In this document: positions 1 through 6,182 of the stretch, piece after piece
How the letters are laid out: each line of letters begins with the position of its first letter
Position numbering within the stretch: the stretch's first letter is position 1
From: Patescibacteria group bacterium
GTDB taxonomy: Bacteria > Patescibacteriota > Minisyncoccia > UBA6257 > HR35
DNA: 17,030 nucleotides
Direction: 5' to 3'
NCBI GenBank assembly: GCA_030549845.1
Contig: JAUQQN010000003.1
Coordinates: 1-17,030, forward strand
Translations under genes and position numbers: made by a program
Notes under the pieces: generated by a model
Database searches by the model: none
The model's input: only the letters and a program-made list of their open reading frames with translations
What the model was told of the DNA's origin: nothing

Positions 1-2592
1 AAAGCTTGATGCTCCTAAATTATATGTATTATCAGAATAAGGAATAATATCTGAGTTTATATATCCTACAAAATTAATAGGAGTTGAGGTTGAAGCTCCT
101 AAAGTTGTAGAACCATATACATGTAATAAAGAAGTAGGTGTTGTAGTTCCTATTCCTATATTGCCATCATCTCTTACATATAATAATGGCTTATTAAGTG
201 AGTTTATTACTTTTAAAGAAAAAGTAGTATCACTGGAGCCAGCTCCCTTAATGAAAAGCTTAGTATTTGTATCTCTAAGAGGAACACCCCCAATCGAAAC
301 AGAACCATAATTATAGCCTGATAACCGCATTACTTCCACTTGAGGGCCATTATATCTCCATAACATGAATCTCATACTAACATATCTTGGCCCATAATCT
401 TCTGCTATAAACTGAATGCTTGCATCTGGAATTGTGGATCCATCACTAAATCTTCCTAAAAAATCTATTCCTGGTGGGTTAGCATTAGTATTGTGTAAAG
501 ACTTTAAAACTAAAGCTGTTCTTTGAACATTTCCTTCAACGGGCATCAGTAGTTCCAAGCTTGGCGTTGAAGTGTTTGAGCTTTTTATTGTAGTTGGAAT
601 GAGAAACCAAGATTTTCCACTACTTGATATTTTATTAATATAGGCAGTAGTAACCGTAGGAACAGTACCAGCAGTGGCTCCAGTTGAGGTAGTATAAGTA
701 TAAGAGGTAGCAGTTGTTGTAAAGTAATGATTTTGAGCATTAGAAGTGGTACCAGCATATAATCTATATTTAGCTGCGCCAATTACCGGTGACCAAGAGA
801 TAATAATAGCTTCACCTGCAGCTATGGTTATCGATACTTCTTGAGAACCAATTGTTGTACCTCCAGCTTCATCCTCTGCTACTACTTTAAAGTAATATGT
901 ACCAGACGGCAATGTCCCTCCAGTAGTTGTGGCAACAGTTACATTGGTAGGAGGTGGCATTTCAATAGCAAAATTCGAACCAGCAGAAATTGTTAATTTC
1001 TCTTGGGGTGCTATTGTTCCTATACCCACGTTACTGTTTAAATATAAACCTGACCCCCCCGCTTGAATCTCAAAGAATCTGCTTGTTTGTAGTTTAAAAT
1101 GAGAACCTCCAATGTCATGTCTTCCTAATTCTAGTGTACCAGCATAACTCCTGGATTCTAAATACAATCTTGGACTTTGACCAGAAAAGGATCCACTAAT
1201 CCCTCCCCACCCTCCTAAAAAAGCTCTATGATTACTATCTCCATAATAGAACCCGCCCGTAAATCCACCAACTGTTGATAGAGGAATATAAATTGTGCCA
1301 AATATTTCAGAAGAAGCAGGGGTAACGGTTAATTTTGCATTAGGATTAGTCATTCCGATGCCTACTCTTCCACTTTGGTCAATTGTAAGTACTGCTGTTG
1401 AGGGGAAGGTGGAAGTGGTAATTTTAAATTTGTTTGAATCTGAAATATCTACTCCTATTGTATATTGAGTAGAAGGAGTAATTCCTGTTCTAAATTGAAT
1501 TTGAGGAGAATATGTTGTTGAAGTTGCAGAAGTTATTGTAAGAATTGGTGATATATTTGTTGAATAGAGTTCTAATAAAGAAGTGGGTGTTGTTGTTCCT
1601 ATTCCTAATCTTTTATTATTATTATCCCAATAAAGATTAGAATTATCTTGAGAGATTAAACCATTATTTCCTGCAAATAATATAGAACCAGGAGTTAAGG
1701 AAGATAAGGCTAAGTTAGCAAATGTTGGTGAAGAGGTAGTTGAGATATCTTGTGGGGTAGATAGTATAATATTTGAACCTACAGAGGATATATTTATTTG
1801 ATTTGGTGTTCCTTGTAAAGTTAAAGCTCCTGTTAAAGAATTTAAGGATAATACTCCTGTATTAGATATTGTTGCTGTAGATGTTCCTGTTATTGATATT
1901 CCTGGGCCTGGTATAAGTAATGAAGTAATATCTTTATATTCTAAGCTTGTTCCTGTATTATTAACTCCTAATATTTGATTAGCTAAACCTAATGTATTAA
2001 GTCCTGTACCTCCTGAAGTTATAGAAAGAGGTGTTAAAAGTACAAGAGAATTAGCTGTTATACCTCCTGTAGCTAATATATTTCCTTGTACTGTAAGTTT
2101 TTCTGAAGGTGTTGTTGTTCCTATAGCTACTGAGTCTGTAATTGTTTGTAATCTAACTACATTTCCATCATCTGTCCAACCTCCTGCTGTAGATAATGTT
2201 ACATCTGCCCATTGAAGATTGCCATTACCTATATATTGTAGGAATTGATTAGGATTAGGAGGATTTGAAGGCCAAATATAAGATATTCCATTAAAAGTTG
2301 TAGTATTTGTTACTATTAATTCTCCTAATATTTTTACTGTTCCTGTATTAAAAGAAAGAAGATTATTATTAAGTTCTACTATTGTTGTAGTAGATATATA
2401 TGTAGGTAAAGGAGGAGATACTGTACAATTAGGATCACCTGGAGAGCAAGAAGGATCTAAGGTTTCTCCTGGTCTATAAGGAGAAATAGGGGGTGAGGAA
2501 TATACTAAGGAGTAGATAAAGAGGAAGATAGTTAAAAATAAGAAGAAAATTCCTATATTTTTGTTAATTTTTACTTTTACATTATTAGGCAT
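1..2592 (-). CDS. Giant secreted tail-fibre-like repeat protein, N-terminal 864 aa; the 3' end runs off the left edge of the window
   Basis: I translated the minus strand line by line. ATG at 2592..2590 is followed by 864 sense codons with no stop down to base 1. It is absent from the ORF track, presumably because there is no in-window stop. N-terminus MPNNVKVKINKNIGIFFLFLTIFLFIYSLVYS looks like a signal peptide or anchor, followed by PGETLDPSCSPGDPNCTV. An SGGTGLNTLG motif is present. There are five G/AIGT-type copies followed by a K/L-L-x-V-like motif: VAIGTTTPSEKLTV, LGIGTTTPTSLLEL, VGIGMTNPNAKLTV, VGIGTIAPQEKLTI, IGIGTTTPTSLLHV. One FN3-like segment is present (PPPTNVTV...ISWSPVIGAAKYRLYAG). 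The visible end is PYSDNTYNLGASSF. Confidence 0.85.
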   Translation of the reverse strand, partial: MPNNVKVKINKNIGIFFLFLTIFLFIYSLVYSSPPISPYRPGETLDPSCSPGDPNCTVSPPLPTYISTTTIVELNNNLLSFNTGTVKILGELIVTNTTTFNGISYIWPSNPPNPNQFLQYIGNGNLQWADVTLSTAGGWTDDGNVVRLQTITDSVAIGTTTPSEKLTVQGNILATGGITANSLVLLTPLSITSGGTGLNTLGLANQILGVNNTGTSLEYKDITSLLIPGPGISITGTSTATISNTGVLSLNSLTGALTLQGTPNQINISSVGSNIILSTPQDISTTSSPTFANLALSSLTPGSILFAGNNGLISQDNSNLYWDNNNKRLGIGTTTPTSLLELYSTNISPILTITSATSTTYSPQIQFRTGITPSTQYTIGVDISDSNKFKITTSTFPSTAVLTIDQSGRVGIGMTNPNAKLTVTPASSEIFGTIYIPLSTVGGFTGGFYYGDSNHRAFLGGWGGISGSFSGQSPRLYLESRSYAGTLELGRHDIGGSHFKLQTSRFFEIQAGGSGLYLNSNVGIGTIAPQEKLTISAGSNFAIEMPPPTNVTVATTTGGTLPSGTYYFKVVAEDEAGGTTIGSQEVSITIAAGEAIIISWSPVIGAAKYRLYAGTTSNAQNHYFTTTATSYTYTTSTGATAGTVPTVTTAYINKISSSGKSWFLIPTTIKSSNTSTPSLELLMPVEGNVQRTALVLKSLHNTNANPPGIDFLGRFSDGSTIPDASIQFIAEDYGPRYVSMRFMLWRYNGPQVEVMRLSGYNYGSVSIGGVPLRDTNTKLFIKGAGSSDTTFSLKVINSLNKPLLYVRDDGNIGIGTTTPTSLLHVYGSTTLGASTSTPINFVGYINSDIIPYSDNTYNLGASSF
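1054..1060. repeat. C7 (G7 on the coding strand) homopolymer inside the tail-fibre-like CDS
   Basis: Plus strand tgaCCCCCCCgc; coding strand CAA GCG GGG GGG TCA (QAGGS). This is one of only two G/C runs of 7 that I saw in the window. Confidence 0.9.
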
Positions 2593-2603
2593 TATTTAAA
2601 TTA

Positions 2604-2609
2604 ATTATA
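2604..2609 (-). promoter_or_regulatory. Candidate -10 box (TATAAT) 11 nt upstream of the ATG of the tail-fibre-like gene
   Basis: Minus strand reads GTTA-TATAAT-TAATTTAAATA-ATG. I found no convincing -35 hexamer, and the G7CC tract lies in the spacer region. Confidence 0.35.
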
Positions 2610-2621
2610 TAACGGTGAATT

Positions 2622-2628
2622 GGGGGGG
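2622..2628. repeat. G7 homopolymer (followed by CC) between tRNA-Arg(CCT) and the tail-fibre-like gene
   Basis: Plus strand aattGGGGGGGcctaat. It lies 13-19 nt upstream of the candidate TATAAT on the minus strand. Confidence 0.9.
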
Positions 2629-2662
2629 CCTAATAAAGTGGTGGATAAGTTTTTTGGAAGGG

Positions 2663-2735
2663 TGCCCCTGGCAGGACTCGAACCTGCAACCTTCTCCTTA
2701 GGACGGAGACGCTCTTCCTATTAAGCTACAGGGGC
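2663..2735 (-). tRNA. tRNA-Arg (anticodon CCT)
   Basis: Minus strand GCCCCTG-TA-GCTT-AATAGGAA-GAGC-G-TCTCC-GTCCTAA-GGAGA-AGGTT-GCAGG-TTCGAGT-CCTGC-CAGGGGC-A folds as a 73-nt cloverleaf. The T-loop TTCGAGT is canonical. No 3' CCA is encoded. Confidence 0.92.
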
Positions 2736-2744
2736 TACTTAATA

Positions 2745-2753
2745 ATTATATCA
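2745..2753 (-). promoter_or_regulatory. Extended -10 promoter element TGaTATAAT upstream of tRNA-Arg(CCT)
   Basis: Minus strand reads AAGAA-TGaTATAAT-TATTAAGTA-GCCCCTG(tRNA). The hexamer ends 9 nt before the mature tRNA 5' end. Confidence 0.5.
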
Positions 2754-2767
2754 TTCTTGAAAGCTGT

Positions 2768-2807
2768 TTAACATTCTTTTGTTAAATATTCACATTCTTT
2801 TGTTAAA
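2768..2807. repeat. Two direct copies of tt[a/c]acattcttttgttaaa with a 21-bp period, overlapping the -35 and upstream region of the tRNA-Arg(CCT) promoter
   Basis: The 16-mer acattcttttgttaaa occurs at 2771..2786 and 2792..2807. The first copy also forms an inverted repeat, TTTAACA-N6-TGTTAAA. Confidence 0.8.
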
Positions 2808-2934
2808 GAATCTGAGCGGTAATGACATCTAAAAAATTAATATGTAAACATAATTAAATTTTCTGATTCCTTCAAACTTTAATTTTTTAATTTTTCTTCC
2901 AAATTTAAAAAAAATTCTTTTTCTTTTAATTTTT

Positions 2935-2962
2935 CATTTACAATGCTATAGCATTCTAAATG
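2935..2962. repeat. 28-bp near-perfect palindrome (13 of 14 arm pairs)
   Basis: CATTTAcAATGCTA|TAGCATTcTAAATG. The central 14 bp AATGCTATAGCATT (2942..2955) is a perfect palindrome, and the outer 6-bp arms CATTTA/TAAATG also pair. Confidence 0.85.
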
Positions 2963-3033
2963 TACAATCATAAAAGGTTAAAGTTGTGGTAAATAAAATT
3001 TAGAAAGGTATGATAAATAAGATTTTTTGTTAG

Positions 3034-3118
3034 TGCCTGGGGAGGGATTCGAACCCTCACGGCCGTAAAGGCCAGGGGATTTTGAGTCCCCTGCGTCTGC
3101 CAATTCCGCCACCCAGGC
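3034..3118 (-). tRNA. tRNA-Leu (anticodon CAA), class II with long variable arm
   Basis: Minus strand GCCTGGG-TG-GCGGAATTGGCAGACGC-A-GGGGA-CTCAAAA-TCCCC-TGGCCTTTACGGCCGT-GAGGG-TTCGAAT-CCCTC-CCCAGGC-A, 85 nt. No CCA is encoded. It starts 22 nt after the pheT stop codon. Confidence 0.93.
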
Positions 3119-3140
3119 TTTCAATTAAAATTATATCAAA

Positions 3141-5159
3141 TTACCTAATAATAGCTCCAAATTTGTCTTGTAATCTTTTAATAATTTGACTCATCAGTAT
3201 ATCAACTTCTTCATCTTTCAAAGTTCTGTCACTTCTTCGAAATATAAGATGATAGGCTAAGCTTTTTTCATTTTCTTTAAGTGGAGGACCTTGATAGATA
3301 TCAAATAACTCGATATCTTCTAGAAGGTCTTTTGCAACTTCGTAAATCTCATTTTCTATCTGATCTGATTGAATATATTCAGCGACAATAAGAGAAAGGT
3401 CTCTTATTATTGCAGGATAAGTTGGTATTTCTTTAAATAGCTTTTCTTTTTCAAAATAATTTATAAGTTTTGTTAAATTAATTTCAGCTACAAAAACAGG
3501 TTGTTTGATTTCGTATTTTTTCATAATATCTTCACTTAAGTATCCCCAAAAACCTATAAAGTCTTCTTCCTCAGTATGAATTGCACTTAAAAGTTTGAAA
3601 GAGTTTGTATTTTGAGTAAATGGTTTATAGTGAAATTTTTTAAGACCCAATATTTCAGCTAGATAATTTAATATTCCTTTTCCTAAAGCTAATAAATTTT
3701 GAAGGTTTTCCCGAGTTATAGCAATACCTAAATGTATATCTTCCATTATTTTATTTTTTTGAATTACAGCAACATCTCCTATTTCAAAAATTTCTATTTC
3801 TTTTGTCCTCAACCAATTGTAATAATTCAAGTTTTTAGAAATTGCTTTAACTAAATTTATAAACACAAAAGGTCGATAGTATTTAAATAAATTACTAACA
3901 GGGTTTAAAATCTCTATTATTTCTCCTCTTTGTCTAATAATCTCTTCAAAACTTACAAGATCTTCGTCATCTATAAAACTATAAGTTATAACTTCATCTA
4001 AGCCAGCAGAGGTTAAATTTTTTCTTAAAAAGTCTTCAAATTTTAAAACTTTGTTTTCTTTTCCTATTTTAAAAACAGAAGGAAAACTTTCTTTTACTTT
4101 TTTATATCCAATAAATCTTGCAATTTCTTCTATTAGATCAACATCCGTTTTAAGATCTAATCTTTCAATAGGTGGAGTTATATAAACATAATCTTTTGAT
4201 TTCTTCATAATCTTTGCGCCCAATCTTTTGAGTAAATTTGTTATCTCTTTGTCGCTTATTTTTTCTCCAACATAGTTATTTAATTTTTCAAACTTCAAAA
4301 GAATATTATCGGGTTTTTGGATTTTATTAAGTTGAAAGATTCCTTTTGCTGGTTTTCCTTTGCAATATTTTTGTATCAGATATGTTAAGTATTCTAGAGA
4401 TTTTAATGAGTTAATTTCGGATACTTTTCTTTCAAATCTATAACTAGCTTCTGTTTGCAAATTAAGAGCTCTAGATGTTTTGTAAATTGTAGATGGATCA
4501 AAAATTGCTGCTTCTATCAATATATTTTTTGTATTTAAATCAACTTCTGCAGACTTTGCTCCTTGGATTCCAGCCAATGCTAAGATTTTTTTCTTATCTG
4601 TAATTAATATACAACCTTTTGGAAGAGTATAATAAACATCTTTTAATGAGTGAAATACTTCTTTTTCTTTTGATTCTCTAACTATAATTTCTTTTTCAAC
4701 TTTATCTAAATCAAAGACATGAAGAGGTGCACCATATTTTATCATTACATAATTACTTAAATCAACTATTAAATTTATTGAATTTAAGCCATAGCTTTCT
4801 ACAAATTCCTTAAGCCAATTTGGAGATTCTGAATTTTTTACATCTAATATAACTCTTGCAAAATAATTTAAGCATAAATGAGTTCTTGATGATATTTTTA
4901 TAAAGTTTTCAATTTTTTTAGATATTTCTTTGATTTTAAACTTTTCATCCTTTATTTTATATCCTGTAATCAAAGATATTTCTTTTGCTAATCCATAAAT
5001 ATTACCTGCATCAGAAAACCTATTTGGCAAAATATCAACATCTAAATATCCATCTTCATATAAAGTTTCAAAAGATTTCTCAGTTAATTCTTGTGCAACT
5101 TTTTTCCAATCTATTTTTTTATTGAAAAATTCTTGTAAGTCTTTTGTTCTAAACCTCAT
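3141..5159 (-). CDS. pheT: Phenylalanine--tRNA ligase beta subunit (short form, 672 aa)
   Basis: B3_4-type motifs: SPNWLKEFVESYGLNSINLIVDLSNYVMIKYGAPLHVFDLDKV. B5-like segment: LLKFEKLNNYVGEKISDKEITNLLKRLG. C-terminal FDX-ACB-like segment: YPAIIRDLSLIV...SLAYHLIFRRSDRTLKDEEV. It lies immediately downstream of pheS with a 2-nt gap. Confidence 0.95.
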   Translation of the reverse strand: MRFRTKDLQEFFNKKIDWKKVAQELTEKSFETLYEDGYLDVDILPNRFSDAGNIYGLAKEISLITGYKIKDEKFKIKEISKKIENFIKISSRTHLCLNYFARVILDVKNSESPNWLKEFVESYGLNSINLIVDLSNYVMIKYGAPLHVFDLDKVEKEIIVRESKEKEVFHSLKDVYYTLPKGCILITDKKKILALAGIQGAKSAEVDLNTKNILIEAAIFDPSTIYKTSRALNLQTEASYRFERKVSEINSLKSLEYLTYLIQKYCKGKPAKGIFQLNKIQKPDNILLKFEKLNNYVGEKISDKEITNLLKRLGAKIMKKSKDYVYITPPIERLDLKTDVDLIEEIARFIGYKKVKESFPSVFKIGKENKVLKFEDFLRKNLTSAGLDEVITYSFIDDEDLVSFEEIIRQRGEIIEILNPVSNLFKYYRPFVFINLVKAISKNLNYYNWLRTKEIEIFEIGDVAVIQKNKIMEDIHLGIAITRENLQNLLALGKGILNYLAEILGLKKFHYKPFTQNTNSFKLLSAIHTEEEDFIGFWGYLSEDIMKKYEIKQPVFVAEINLTKLINYFEKEKLFKEIPTYPAIIRDLSLIVAEYIQSDQIENEIYEVAKDLLEDIELFDIYQGPPLKENEKSLAYHLIFRRSDRTLKDEEVDILMSQIIKRLQDKFGAIIR

Positions 5160-5161
5160 TT

Positions 5162-6181
5162 TTAAAATTGTTTAATAAATCTTAAATCTCCTGAGTTAAA
5201 TAATCTAACATCATTTATATTATGCCTTAACATAATTATTCTTTCAATTCCTAAACCAAATGCATAACCAAAGTATTTATTTGTATCAATTCCTGCTTCT
5301 TTCAAAACAAACGGGTGTATCATTCCTGCTCCTGCTATTTCTAGATACCCAGAATTTTTACAGACATTACATCCTTTTCCTTTACATAGTACGCATTCCA
5401 AATCAATTTCTACGCTTGGTTCAGTGAAGGGAAAATATGAAGTTCTAAAAATCACTTCAAGTTCTGTGCCGAAAAATTCCTTGAAAAAAATCTTTAAAAC
5501 TCCTTTTAATTCTCTTAAATCAGCATGTTCACCAACGGCTAAACCTTCTAATTGATGAAATTGTATTTCATGTCTTTGATCAGTGGCTTCATGACGAAAG
5601 ACTTTTCCTGGAATTACAACTCTTATAGGTAGAGGCTTATTTTTTAGTACTTCAACTTGGTGGGCTGATGTGTGGGTTCGTAAAAGATATTTATTATTTT
5701 TATCTTCAAATTTTAACCAAAGTGTATCCCATAAATCCCTTGAAGGATGGTTAGGTGGAATGTTCAAAGAATCAAAGTTTTCATATTCTGTAACCAGTTC
5801 TCTACCTCTTTCTATATCAAAACCTAATTTCATAAATATTTCTTTTATTTCTTTTATCGCTTGATTTAAGATGTGAATATGCCCTTTTCTTATTTTTTCT
5901 CCAGGATGATGAATGTCAAACTTAATTTCTTTTTTGCTGGTGATTATTCTTTCTTTTGCAACCTCATAAAGTTTTTCTATTTCATTTTTTACATAATTAA
6001 AATACTCTCCTAATTCTCTTCTTTCTTTTTCTTCTAATTTCACAATTTTATCTAAAATTTCTTTTAATAATCCTTTCCTTCCTAAAAATCGAATTCTAAA
6101 ATTTTCTAAACTATTTTCAGAATTAATTTCTTCAATAATTTTACGAGCTTCGTTCAAAATATTATCTAATTCCTCTTTCAT
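5162..6181 (-). CDS. pheS: Phenylalanine--tRNA ligase alpha subunit
   Basis: Class II aaRS motifs: FRHEATDQRHEIQFHQLEG (motif 2), YFPFTEPSVEID, and GYAFGLGIERIIMLRHNINDVRLF...DLRFIKQF (motif 3 and C-terminus). A Cys knuckle CVLCKGKGCNVCKNSGYLEIAGAGMIHP is present, as in many bacterial PheS. Confidence 0.97.
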   Translation of the reverse strand: MKEELDNILNEARKIIEEINSENSLENFRIRFLGRKGLLKEILDKIVKLEEKERRELGEYFNYVKNEIEKLYEVAKERIITSKKEIKFDIHHPGEKIRKGHIHILNQAIKEIKEIFMKLGFDIERGRELVTEYENFDSLNIPPNHPSRDLWDTLWLKFEDKNNKYLLRTHTSAHQVEVLKNKPLPIRVVIPGKVFRHEATDQRHEIQFHQLEGLAVGEHADLRELKGVLKIFFKEFFGTELEVIFRTSYFPFTEPSVEIDLECVLCKGKGCNVCKNSGYLEIAGAGMIHPFVLKEAGIDTNKYFGYAFGLGIERIIMLRHNINDVRLFNSGDLRFIKQF

Positions 6182-6182
6182 T

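Noticed and set aside
585-782. 65-aa minus-strand ORF from the supplied track
   Set aside because: It lies in a different frame entirely inside the 864-codon tail-fibre-like frame. Its Leu/Pro/Gln-rich low-complexity sequence is typical of a shadow ORF.
1-2592. Prophage or phage remnant, suggested by the tail-fibre-like protein
   Set aside because: No capsid, terminase, baseplate, integrase or lysis genes are adjacent. The gene has its own signal peptide or anchor and is flanked by tRNA and pheST, so a cellular surface fibre is more parsimonious. The region left of the window remains unknown.
2879-2971. 30-codon minus-strand mini-ORF (MIVHLECYSIVNEKLKEKEFFLNLEEKLKN) in the tRNA spacer
   Set aside because: It has no SD or promoter context. 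An ORF of this length is plausible by chance, and it merely spans the 28-bp palindrome. I do not report it as a gene.
3010-3024. 15-mer atgataaataagatt shared with 10866..10880, both next to tRNA genes
   Set aside because: By a rough composition-based estimate, about two chance 15-mer matches are expected in a window of this size and AT content. The flanks do not extend the match.
5670-5864. 64-aa plus-strand ORF antisense to pheS
   Set aside because: It lies fully inside the well-supported pheS CDS on the opposite strand. It has no recognisable motifs, so I treat it as a shadow ORF.
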